A DNA stretch of 32,000 nucleotides from Methanocaldococcus jannaschii DSM 2661 (GTDB lineage Archaea > AGJL01 > Methanococci > Methanococcales > Methanocaldococcaceae), in NCBI RefSeq assembly GCF_000091665.1, contig NC_001732.1, forward strand, positions 22,128-54,127, written 5' to 3'. Numbering within the stretch: the stretch's first letter is position 1; every line of letters starts with the position of its first letter. Below are positions 1 through 8,440 of this stretch, piece after piece. The translations under genes were made by a program, and so were the position numbers. The notes beneath the pieces are model-generated. The model did not search any database. It worked only from the letters and a program-made list of their open reading frames with translations, and was not told the origin of the DNA.

Positions 1-672
1 ATTACCTCGATACCATATTATTCGTAAGATTTTAATAAAATAGTAAATTTGATACTGTTGTTAGCTGGATTAAATACTTCATGATACTCTAAATGAGGTG
101 AAGTTACTAACTTGACGATCTTTTTTATTAATATGCAAGCATTATATTATAATATTTGTAGATTTTTGTATTTAGTTTCAGAAAAATTTTTAAGAGACCC
201 AACACATTTTCCTAAAAAAGAAAGATTTATATACCCAACATCGTTCCAAAATTTCTTTAGAAATTAGCATTGGCGATAGATATGCCATACGACATTAAAT
301 GTGGAGAGGCATATAACATTTCATACCAATTGTAGAAAAGAATAGTATATTAATTTCTAATCGTACTCGTATTTTAAATAACTTGATCAAAATGTGTAAT
401 TTGAATATAAAACCAAAAACTGAAGATGATTATAAACGATTCCTATATGATTACTCAAATCAATGTGGAGTAGATTTCAGAAAAGTAGATGTGGGAATAA
501 AATTTTTCAAAAATATGCTGGATATAAAGTAAAAGATTACGGCAGTTCTTGGAAATATTCAGAGTTAGATAATCCTAACTACACAATACAAGATGCGTGC
601 AGAGATTTACTCAAAAATAATGGAGTGAAGTACCTAATTAACAACAGGGCATTAAAGGTATCTTTGAAATAA
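1..672 (+). pseudogene. Decayed, frameshifted paralogue (C-terminal ~2/3) of the 432-aa gene at 1168-2466; runs off the left edge
   Basis: Blocks in different + frames align colinearly with the 432-aa protein. 'EKFLRDPTHF' (nt 181-210, frame 1) matches 'CLFLRDISII'. 'DYKRFLYDYSNQCGVDFRKVDVGIKFFKN' (nt 428-514, frame 2) matches 'PYKIFLYEYSKKCKLDQRYVEMGMWFFNS'. 'NYTIQDACRDLLKNN' (inside track ORF 463-672, frame 1) matches 'KYTIQEACKDLIKRL'. Stops and frame changes lie between the blocks. Confidence 0.6.
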
Positions 673-722
673 CATTATTTGATGTGATTAAAAAGAATTA
701 AGATTGTATTTTAGGTGGCAGT

Positions 723-1166
723 ATGGGAAAATGTAGGCATAATGGAGAGGTTAGTATTTTTGGCGTAAGACCAGCAAGTTTTCCTTACTTTCCATTTAAT
801 TTAATGGATAGGATTGGAGGGTTTGTAATATTGGATGAGTTGTGGTTAAGGAGGTGGTGTGAGATTATAGAATATCCGATGAAAATTCCAACTTTATACG
901 TGCCAATTGAGGATTATGGTATTCCTACAGTTGAGGATATGGATTTGATTGTTGATTTTATAAAGTATCATGTTTCTAATGGGAGAGAAGTCGTTGTCTC
1001 TTGTATCGGTGGACATGGAAGAACTGGAACTGTTTTGGCTATTTGGGCTGGTTTAAATGGCGTTGAAAATCCAATAGAATATGTTAGAGAATGTTACTGT
1101 GAGTGTGCGGTTGAGACAGAAGAACAAGAGGAGTTTGTAATGGAGTATTTGAAAAAGAGATTATGA
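723..1166 (+). CDS. Small Cys-based protein phosphatase (PTP / dual-specificity-like, CX5R)
   Basis: 147-aa ORF with an AGGTGG RBS 4 nt upstream of the ATG. It has the P-loop signature C-X5-R-(S/T) in 'VVSCIGGHGRTGTV' (Cys codon at 1002-1004). An upstream acidic loop 'PIEDYGIPTVEDMD' sits where the general-acid Asp loop is found in this superfamily. Confidence 0.8.
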   Translation: MGKCRHNGEVSIFGVRPASFPYFPFNLMDRIGGFVILDELWLRRWCEIIEYPMKIPTLYVPIEDYGIPTVEDMDLIVDFIKYHVSNGREVVVSCIGGHGRTGTVLAIWAGLNGVENPIEYVRECYCECAVETEEQEEFVMEYLKKRL

Positions 1167-1167
1167 A

Positions 1168-2466
1168 TTAAAAGAAGATTATATCTAAGAGTTCATCATA
1201 TATTTCTATTTCACCTTTAAGGATGAGGTCGATAAGTTCATCTTCACTAACGATAATGATTTTACCGTTAATATTGATTTCAAATTGATTATTTCCAATG
1301 TATCTTATGTTCGTGTTGTTGATAGCTTTTCTTAATCTTTTAATTAAGTCTTTACATGCTTCTTGTATTGTGTATTTACATAACCTCCTATTGTAATACT
1401 TTGCAACTTTGCTGTTAAAGAACCACATACCCATTTCTACATATCTTTGGTCTAATTTGCATTTCTTTGAATATTCATAGAGGAATATTTTATATGGATA
1501 AAGAGTTTTAAAATCATTGCTATCTATTTTTGCATTTTTACGAAGTTTTTGAATACATCTACATTCTGTATAATCAAATTTCTCTAAAACTTCATTAATG
1601 TCAAAATTATAATTTAATTTACATTTACATTTAACTAATTCCTCAATGACTTTTTTAACTACTCTATCAATAGGCTTGTATAACAAATCCCTGCAATCTC
1701 CATATAACATCAAATTGTGAATAATTGAAATATCTCTAAGGAATAGACAAGCTATTTTATCTCCAACTCCTCTAATTCTAATTAAAAAGTTGTATGCGTC
1801 GTAGATATTTCCATTTCTTAATAAATTAAGTAGATAAGACACTAATGAAGCTGTTATTTGAGTATTACTAATAATGTATAATAAACCACATTTATTTGTG
1901 GTAGTTGAATTTATGTTACAACTCGGATTTATATTGTATCTTGGGTCTAAAGTGTCACTTGTATAGAAGCCCAATCCTAACATTCTTAGATTATTTTCAT
2001 AGCAATTGCATATATTACTAATCCAAGTATTGTTATGTAAATTGAAATTTCTATCTATGCAAACTGCCCCAATAAATCCATGGATTCTTACTCTTATGGA
2101 GCTATAACTACTCCCAAAAGGTCTCATATAAGCATAATTTGAAATAAACAATTGCAATGATTCACTTAAATCATTTAAATGATTTGGGAATATTATCTCC
2201 CAAAATGCTTTTAATTCTAGTGCTTCATGTAACCTTCCGACATCTTCAAAGAATTTAAACCATGCACAGATACAATCTTTATTAGCATATTCTCCAGAAC
2301 AATAATTTTTTCTTAATACTTTAAGTATATCTTCAACTTCTTTTTCTATATTTTTTCTCTCTTTAATAACTGGGATAAAGAACTTTTTAATAATATCTCT
2401 TGCTAATGGACAGTTTCTAATCCTGTTGATAAATTGCTGAACTACCATCCCCACTCCTCTCCACAT
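1168..2466 (-). CDS. Cys-rich hypothetical protein with a helix-hairpin-helix-like motif (possible HhH DNA-binding / glycosylase-like)
   Basis: 432-aa ORF. The internal ATG at 2448 is preceded by GGAGTGGGG and is the more likely start. The motif 'IRIRGVGDKIACLFLRDI' fits the h-G-h-G-x-K-x-A helix-hairpin-helix pattern. There are many Cys clusters (CICAW, CNCYENN, KCKCK, TECRC). I recognised no other family. It is convergent with the phosphatase gene, with a 1-nt gap between stops. Confidence 0.75.
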   Translation of the reverse strand: MWRGVGMVVQQFINRIRNCPLARDIIKKFFIPVIKERKNIEKEVEDILKVLRKNYCSGEYANKDCICAWFKFFEDVGRLHEALELKAFWEIIFPNHLNDLSESLQLFISNYAYMRPFGSSYSSIRVRIHGFIGAVCIDRNFNLHNNTWISNICNCYENNLRMLGLGFYTSDTLDPRYNINPSCNINSTTTNKCGLLYIISNTQITASLVSYLLNLLRNGNIYDAYNFLIRIRGVGDKIACLFLRDISIIHNLMLYGDCRDLLYKPIDRVVKKVIEELVKCKCKLNYNFDINEVLEKFDYTECRCIQKLRKNAKIDSNDFKTLYPYKIFLYEYSKKCKLDQRYVEMGMWFFNSKVAKYYNRRLCKYTIQEACKDLIKRLRKAINNTNIRYIGNNQFEININGKIIIVSEDELIDLILKGEIEIYDELLDIIFF

Positions 2467-2639
2467 CTTTCAAATATAAATGTACTGCAGTTCTTAAATA
2501 TAAATTAATATAAATTTTATAAATATTTACACTAAAAGCTCTGCTAATATTTTAACCTCTATTGAGTTTCTATTTTCCTTAACAGAAATCAAATCCATAC
2601 TAAGTGTTTATTATTAGCAACAATTCCTATAGGTGTAGT

Positions 2640-2963
2640 TTCTCTTCTTCAAATTTTTGGTAATATATTTTTAATTACATTGAAATCAAATATATGTACA
2701 TACTCCTTTTCCACATCTTAATATTACAATATTATCAATTCTCGAATTTTCCTTCCTGTTTTTAAATCGATATAAATATGACGTCTTCCATTACATTTTA
2801 ACATCACACGATTATCTTTTATAGATATTGACTCTATATCCCACTCAGTTTTGAACTCCCAAATTTTATCTCCAGTTTTTAGATTAATGGCAGAGATACA
2901 TCTTCTTCCACATTCTAATACTGCAATACCACCTCTAATAGATAAACTTCTTAATTCTAACAT
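2640..2963 (-). pseudogene. Truncated, frameshifted extra copy of the C-terminal PQQ-like propeller blades of the upstream 827-aa gene
   Basis: Track ORF 2724-2963 (79 aa) carries two blade-like units ('SAINLKTGDKIWEFKTEWDIESISIKDNRVMLKC', 'IYIDLKTGRKI'). After its stop, a shifted frame continues 'IDNIVILRCGKGVCTYI*F..N*KYITKNLKK'. This parallels the 827-aa C-terminus 'KDNIVISGCKRGHVYALDFNIIKNYSIIQKIKQVL'. Confidence 0.6.
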
Positions 2964-3005
2964 CTTAACACCATTATCTCTACTGATGTTGAATTAATTT
3001 TTGAA

Positions 3006-5489
3006 TCATAATACTTGTTTGATTTTTTGTATTATTGAGTAGTTTTTAATTATATTGAAATCAAGGGCATAAACATGTCCTCTTTTACATCCTGATATTA
3101 CAATATTGTCTTTGATGGACAAATCTAACACTGCACTTTCTGTTTTAAACTTCCATATTTCCTCACCAGTGTTAATATCAAGAGCATAAAGATAATTATC
3201 ACATCCTAATAATACAGCATCATTTTTAATAGACAAACCATTCACATCCCCATCTGTCTTAAATGCCCATAAATTCTCCCCTGCATTAATATCAAGAGCA
3301 TAGACACATTCTCGATTACATCCCAATATTACAATATCATCTTTAATAGATAATCTTAATACAGACCCTACTACCTTAAATCTTTCCATCTTCTCTCCTG
3401 TATTAATATCAAGAAGATAAACATAACCTCCCCTACATCCCAACAATACATTATCCTTTTTAATAGATAAACTCTTTACCTCTCCTTCTGCCTTAAACCT
3501 CCATAGTTCTCTACCAGTGTCAATATCAAGAGCGTAAAGATAATTATCACATCCAAATAGCAAAATGTCATTTTTTATGGATAAATTCCGTATGGATTTT
3601 CCTGATTTTGCTTTAAACTCCCATAACATATTTCCTGCATTAATATCAAGGGCAAGTATATATCCTTTTTTACATCCCAACACAACAATATCGTCTTTAA
3701 TAGATAAACTCCTTACATCATGCTTTATCTTAGACCTCCATATTTCTCTTCCTGTATTAATATCAAGAGCATAAGCATACCCTTCCTCCAATATTTTTCC
3801 ATTTTTCAACATGACAATGCTCTCAAATATATTTCCACATCCTAATACAACAATATCATCTTTAATAGACAAACCCCATACTGTATCCTCTGCCTTGAAT
3901 TCCCATAATTTCTTACCAGTTTTAATATCAATGGCATAAACATGTCCCGAAACACATCCTAATATTACAATATCACCTTTAATAGATAATAACCTTACAC
4001 CCCCCTCTGCCCTAAACTCCCACAATAACTCATCTACTCTTTTAATCCCTAAAATATCCAATATAAACTTACCAACATTAATTGCTAACTCATCATTTGA
4101 GTTATTTACCAATTCAATTAACTTATTCATATAATAATTAAATACAGCCCTATTTTCATTGAAAATGTTTTTAAATCTGCTGTATATTTCTTTATAGTTT
4201 GATGTGTTTAAATTATCTATCTCTTGTTTTAGGATTTTGTCAATTTTTTCTGGCCTCATGTCATCTACATTATCTCCTTTAAATTTTGTAATTGTTAATA
4301 CTTCTGTAAATCTTTCTTTGTATCGTATGTTAAATTCATCTTCAAACTCTACAACAATATCTATCGGTAGTTTTCCTTTAACTTTTGGATTTATAAAAAG
4401 GTTAATGACTTTTGTGTCTCTTCCTCTAATTTTTATCGGCTCTATGTCTTTAAATAAAATATCTTCTTCGTTTATTATTGAAATTTTCGATATTGTTATA
4501 TCTTTTAATGATTTGTTTGTTATTTGTATTGGTAGTTCATCCCATTCATTCAAATTAAGTGATTTTTTTAATAGGGTTAAATCTATCTTTACTATTTCTT
4601 TCATTATATTAGTTAGTTGTGGCCTAACTCTTTGTATTTTTGAATACAGGTTAGTATCAAGGGCATAGACACACCCCCACATGTCTGCCAATATAGTAAC
4701 ATCCCCACTTATCAATAAATCACTTACATGCCACTCTCCACCAAACTCTAATATTTTCTCACCTGTTTTAATATCAAGGACATAAAAATATTCACACCCA
4801 TATTCATCCTCACATCTCAATATTATTTTATCATCTTTGATAGATAACTCCCATACACACCACTCTGCTTCAAACTCCCACAATTTACCTCCTGTCCTAA
4901 CATCAATAGCATAAATGTATTTATCCCCATCACCCAATATAACAATATTATCTTTGAGAGAAAAACCCCACATACGCTCTCCTACCTTGGACTCCCATAT
5001 TTTATCCCCAGTCATAACATCAAGAACGCAAACATGCCCACCTCTATATTCCAACATTACAATATTATCTTTGATGAATAAACTATCTACATTGTGCTCT
5101 ACTTTATATTCCCATATTTTATTCCCTGTCTTAATATCAAGGGCAAAAAGATGGTTACTACACCCTAATATTATAATATTATCTTTGATATCTTTGATGG
5201 ACAAATCCCATACACTCCCCCCTGCCTTAAACTCCCATATTATGCTATCTTTTAAAATACATAACATAAACTTATCAATTTCAAGTGATAACTCATTATC
5301 ATCTAAATTTTTCATTAACTCAATTAATTTATCCACGTAATAATTAAATATATCTCTATTTTTGCTAAAAACATTTTTAAATTTGTCATATATTTCTTTA
5401 TAGTTTGATACGTTTAAATTATCTATCTCTTGTCTAATGTTTTCAACTCCATTGATTTTATTTTCTACAAAAACCATTCTCATCACCAA
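3006..5489 (-). CDS. Two-module PQQ-like (BamB-like) beta-propeller repeat protein
   Basis: 827-aa ORF. The track start is TTG; the ATG at 5477 follows GGTGAT plus 4 nt and is more likely. It has 13 units of a ~40-aa blade ('Y-A-L-D-I-x-T-G-x-x-h-W-x-F-K ... L-S-I-K-D-x-I-V-h-L-G-C') in blocks of 5 (aa ~75-285) and 8 (aa ~480-815). Each block follows a homologous helical leader ('EIDNLN[VT]SNYKEIY..FKN.F..NR..FNYY..KLIEL'). The blocks are separated by a ~120-aa non-repeat domain. I saw no N-terminal signal peptide. Confidence 0.85.
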   Translation of the reverse strand: MVMRMVFVENKINGVENIRQEIDNLNVSNYKEIYDKFKNVFSKNRDIFNYYVDKLIELMKNLDDNELSLEIDKFMLCILKDSIIWEFKAGGSVWDLSIKDIKDNIIILGCSNHLFALDIKTGNKIWEYKVEHNVDSLFIKDNIVMLEYRGGHVCVLDVMTGDKIWESKVGERMWGFSLKDNIVILGDGDKYIYAIDVRTGGKLWEFEAEWCVWELSIKDDKIILRCEDEYGCEYFYVLDIKTGEKILEFGGEWHVSDLLISGDVTILADMWGCVYALDTNLYSKIQRVRPQLTNIMKEIVKIDLTLLKKSLNLNEWDELPIQITNKSLKDITISKISIINEEDILFKDIEPIKIRGRDTKVINLFINPKVKGKLPIDIVVEFEDEFNIRYKERFTEVLTITKFKGDNVDDMRPEKIDKILKQEIDNLNTSNYKEIYSRFKNIFNENRAVFNYYMNKLIELVNNSNDELAINVGKFILDILGIKRVDELLWEFRAEGGVRLLSIKGDIVILGCVSGHVYAIDIKTGKKLWEFKAEDTVWGLSIKDDIVVLGCGNIFESIVMLKNGKILEEGYAYALDINTGREIWRSKIKHDVRSLSIKDDIVVLGCKKGYILALDINAGNMLWEFKAKSGKSIRNLSIKNDILLFGCDNYLYALDIDTGRELWRFKAEGEVKSLSIKKDNVLLGCRGGYVYLLDINTGEKMERFKVVGSVLRLSIKDDIVILGCNRECVYALDINAGENLWAFKTDGDVNGLSIKNDAVLLGCDNYLYALDINTGEEIWKFKTESAVLDLSIKDNIVISGCKRGHVYALDFNIIKNYSIIQKIKQVL
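4131..4231. repeat. Internal direct repeat, copy A (leader of propeller module 2)
   Basis: The ~100-nt stretch 'ataataattaaatacagccctattttcattgaaaatgtttttaaatctgctgtatatttctttatagtttgatgtgtttaaattatctatctcttgtttta' aligns base-for-base, with scattered substitutions, to 5337-5437. Confidence 0.85.
5337..5437. repeat. Internal direct repeat, copy B (leader of propeller module 1)
   Basis: 'cgtaataattaaatatatctctatttttgctaaaaacatttttaaatttgtcatatatttctttatagtttgatacgtttaaattatctatctcttgtcta' is the nucleotide-level duplicate of 4131-4231, about 1.2 kb away within the same ORF. Confidence 0.85.
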
Positions 5490-5763
5490 AAAAACTTTTA
5501 TTTATTTCAAAATTTTTCTAATAACACACCATTCAATTATCGAAATTAGATTAATAATTCCATTACAAGTGTCTCTAACACTTCACCATATTTTTATTAT
5601 AATTTCATTATACCTTAATAGCATATTAAATTCAATAACCCAACTTTAATTTTGCACTTATTAAGATTTGTAACATTATCAATGCCCCCTACCATAATTC
5701 CATAATGAGTTTTTGGAGGTTTCACTAAAAGAAGTAATCTACAGCATTCTTTAATTATATGTC

Positions 5764-5787
5764 TGAATTGACTTTAAAGTCCATTCA
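5764..5787. repeat. Palindromic element, copy 1 (one arm mismatch)
   Basis: TGAATTGACTT-TA-AAGTCCATTCA. It is intergenic and upstream of parA. It belongs to the family with consensus (G)TGAATTGACTT-YR-AAGTCAATTCA(C). Confidence 0.8.
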
Positions 5788-5828
5788 TCCCTTAACATTC
5801 CTTATAAAGAAATACTCTATAAAAGTTT

Positions 5829-5926
5829 ATTATTACATTATTGCATTAAACAGTTAAACATATAACCAATAATTTAAATATGAAATAATGTAATGCCATA
5901 ATACTGTAATAAAATAATAGAATATC
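5829..5926. repeat. Array of degenerate ~8-bp units (CAATAATA-like) directly upstream of parA
   Basis: 'cattattg cattaaac .. catataac caataatt .. aaataatg taatgc cataatac tgtaataa aataatag' shows C/CA recurring about every 8 nt. The array ends ~15 nt before the parA RBS (GGTGAG). Confidence 0.6.
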
Positions 5927-5941
5927 TAATGGTGAGAGTTT

Positions 5942-6721
5942 ATGGTTGTAATTTCAATTGCAAATCAAAAAGGGGGTGTTGGAAAAACAACAATAGCATT
6001 AAACCTATCATTTACACTTGCAGAAAAGGGGTATGATACTTTAGTAATCGATTTAGACCCACAATTCAACTTATCCTTTGGAATTTTGGGAATGAAATTA
6101 TTAGATTATGCTGATAAAAATATTGGAATACTATTATCAAAAAATTCTGTTAAGAAGAAAGAAATTGAAGAGTCTATTATAAAAATTAATGATAAGTTAG
6201 ATTTAATCCCCTCCCACTTGCAGCTTTCTGCTGTAGAAAAAATGTTAGTTAATGCTTATGCAAGGGAAATGAAGTTGAAAAATATCATTAACCAAATCAA
6301 AGAAAATTATGACTACATAATAATTGATAATGCCCCATCATTAGGACTATTTTTAATAAATTCATTAGTGGCATCTGATTATATTATCATCCCATGTGAG
6401 CCAAGTTATTTTAGTATTGCAGGAGTTCAACTAATGTTAGATACTGTTGAGGAAATAAAAGAATCAAACTTGAATCCAAAACTTAAAGTTTTAGGGTTTA
6501 TTTTCAACAAGTACTCTAAACAATCAAAAATTCCACAAAAGAGGTTAGAACAGTTAAAACAACTCTATCCTAACATTCCAGTAATTGGAGTAATTCCAAG
6601 AACTATTACTGTTGAAAAGGCAGAACGTGAGGGAAAACCTGTGTTTAAATTTGATGCTAATAATCCTGCAAGTGTTGCATTCTCAGAACTTGCTGAGTGG
6701 GTGATAGAAAATGTCAAATGA
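5942..6721 (+). CDS. parA: ParA/Soj-family partition ATPase
   Basis: 259 aa with a GGTGAG RBS. It has the deviant Walker A 'NQKGGVGKTT' (aa 8-17), 'LVIDLDPQ', and the Walker B region 'YDYIIIDNAPS'. The length and layout are those of small (type Ib-like) ParA/Soj proteins. Confidence 0.95.
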   Translation: MVVISIANQKGGVGKTTIALNLSFTLAEKGYDTLVIDLDPQFNLSFGILGMKLLDYADKNIGILLSKNSVKKKEIEESIIKINDKLDLIPSHLQLSAVEKMLVNAYAREMKLKNIINQIKENYDYIIIDNAPSLGLFLINSLVASDYIIIPCEPSYFSIAGVQLMLDTVEEIKESNLNPKLKVLGFIFNKYSKQSKIPQKRLEQLKQLYPNIPVIGVIPRTITVEKAEREGKPVFKFDANNPASVAFSELAEWVIENVK

Positions 6722-7043
6722 TGATTTGAATGCATTAAAAAAATTAAAAGAAATTAGTTCTGGGACAGTAAAACAGATAACTTCACTACCAAAAAAAGAA
6801 CCACAAGAAGAAAAAATGTCAAAAACTCTAAGGATAAAAAACACTACTCATGAAAAAATTATTGAAATGTATGGGAAAAAAGTTGGTAGCCAAGGAGAAG
6901 TTGTAGATAAGGGTGTTGCAGTCCTCTATGCATTATGGAAAATACTTCCAGAAGAACAATTTAAAAGGGTTGTTAAACTGGCTGAAGAAGATAGGTTTGA
7001 AGAATTTGCTGATAGGTTGGGTATTGAAATAAAAGAAGAATAA
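6711..7043 (+). CDS. Small partner of ParA; putative ribbon-helix-helix centromere-binding/adaptor protein
   Basis: ATG 6711 overlaps the parA stop (6719-6721), and a GGTGAT RBS lies within the parA 3' end. The 110-aa protein has a Lys/Glu-rich N-terminal tail. This is followed by 'KTLRIKNTTHEKIIEMYGKKVGSQGEVVDKGVAVLYALW', which fits a strand-helix-helix pattern. The function is inferred from position only. Confidence 0.6.
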   Translation: MSNDDLNALKKLKEISSGTVKQITSLPKKEPQEEKMSKTLRIKNTTHEKIIEMYGKKVGSQGEVVDKGVAVLYALWKILPEEQFKRVVKLAEEDRFEEFADRLGIEIKEE

Positions 7044-7047
7044 ATAA

Positions 7048-8079
7048 TTATTGCATTGCATTTATAATCTCCTTTATAGCATGCCATTCGATAATAGATG
7101 TCGGTTTGATTATTCCATTTATCACATCATAAAACAATATTTCATTCTCAATTAGGAATTTTAAATATTTCATTTCCTCTTTTTTAACTTCCTTATCATA
7201 GGAGATTTTTATCTTGTCCTTGAATTTAGATAAAACATTATAAAGCCCCTCCTCATCTAAATCGGTTGTATCTATAAGGTATTTTAGCCCATCTTTTTCA
7301 ACATTAATCCACTGTTTTATAGTTTGTTCAACAGATAAACCTAACTTCTTATTATTTATCAGTTGAGAAATCTCATAAGGCAATGATAAATAGTCTAAAG
7401 CATAATTAATCTCTTCTTCGCTAAAACCTTCTTCTTTTAAAATATTCCTTATAGTTCCTTTTCTTAACCAGTCAATTAAATAATACTCAGAGGCATTTTT
7501 TAATGTTGAATTCCTATAGATTTCATCAATAAATAATGTATCAGAAGTTAAGCATATAACATGGCATAAATGTTCCATTTTAGTTAGAGAGACGAATAAG
7601 TTAAACAATTCGTTTAATAATGACTTTCCTCCATTAAAATAAATATTCTTCAACTTTTGTAACTCATCAATTATTAAAACTGGCTTTTTTCCTTCTTCAA
7701 CAACTGCGTTAATACTCTCATTTATCTTAGCAAAGACATCATTTAGGCATAAGTTATTAAAGTCAAAATTCTCTTCAATTCCAAACTTACAAACTCCCAA
7801 GTTAAGTTCTAACTTATTTAATAGATATTTTTTATCCGACTTTTCAAAAAATACTCTTAAAAACTCATCCCTTGTTGGTGTTGCATATTTTCTTAAATTA
7901 TAATAGAAAAACACTATATTACTGTTTTCTAACTCCTTAATAACTCTCCTCATTACCGTAGATTTACCAGATGATTTAGGACCATAAACAAAAAGGATAG
8001 AATTAGGTTCTAACTGACAGTAGGTTTTTAGATAGTTGAGTTCTTTCTCTCTATCATAGAATTTCATAATTTCACCCAA
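7048..8079 (-). CDS. P-loop NTPase of the 'archaeal ATPase' type
   Basis: 343-aa ORF. The track start is TTG; the ATG at 8067 follows GGGTGA plus 4 nt. It has Walker A 'VYGPKSSGKST' and Walker B 'PVLIIDELQKL'. The N-terminal 'FYDREKELNYL' lead-in and overall size resemble the ATPase family expanded in Methanococcales. Confidence 0.8.
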   Translation of the reverse strand: MGEIMKFYDREKELNYLKTYCQLEPNSILFVYGPKSSGKSTVMRRVIKELENSNIVFFYYNLRKYATPTRDEFLRVFFEKSDKKYLLNKLELNLGVCKFGIEENFDFNNLCLNDVFAKINESINAVVEEGKKPVLIIDELQKLKNIYFNGGKSLLNELFNLFVSLTKMEHLCHVICLTSDTLFIDEIYRNSTLKNASEYYLIDWLRKGTIRNILKEEGFSEEEINYALDYLSLPYEISQLINNKKLGLSVEQTIKQWINVEKDGLKYLIDTTDLDEEGLYNVLSKFKDKIKISYDKEVKKEEMKYLKFLIENEILFYDVINGIIKPTSIIEWHAIKEIINAMQ

Positions 8080-8210
8080 ATAAACTCTTTATTTTAATTA
8101 AAAATATTATTTTAGAGTATTTAAAAGTTGAACATGCCATATTACATTAGCTGTGAATCTAAAGTTGAAAATTAACCTTTACTGTCTTTATGACATCATA
8201 ACCACACTAC

Positions 8211-8390
8211 CTATTGTATTATTTTATTACATCATAATTTAATTGCATTATAACATAATAACATTATTCCATAATTCTTTATACAATAATTATTTAACAA
8301 TGGCATTAAACAATTACTTAAAAATTTAAATACACAAAACAACATTGCAATATTGCAATAATAAAATAATTCATTAACTAAAAATAATAA
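8211..8390. repeat. Array of degenerate ~8-bp units (CAATAATA-like)
   Basis: Phasing is exact at 8246/8254/8262/8270: 'CATTATAA|CATAATAA|CATTATTC|CATAATTC'. Looser units continue to ~8390 ('caataatt', 'acaattac', 'cattgcaa tattgcaa taataaaa'). Confidence 0.65.
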
Positions 8391-8394
8391 AGTG

Positions 8395-8420
8395 GTGAAT
8401 TGACTTTGAAGTCAATTCAC
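8395..8420. repeat. Palindromic element, copy 2 (perfect)
   Basis: GTGAATTGACTT-TG-AAGTCAATTCAC, with perfect 12-bp arms and a 2-nt centre. It lies 21 nt downstream of the stop of the 162-aa gene. Confidence 0.9.
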
Positions 8421-8440
8421 AGTTATAGATAAATAATGAC

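Noticed and set aside
3565-5649. Plus-strand ORFs 3565-3774, 4204-4668, 4915-5340 and 5437-5649, antisense to or abutting the 827-aa propeller gene
   Set aside because: These are low-complexity Ser/Leu/Ile/Phe-rich translations. They are shadows of the repetitive minus-strand coding frame. They have no RBS and no motifs, and the repeat periodicity belongs to the opposite strand.
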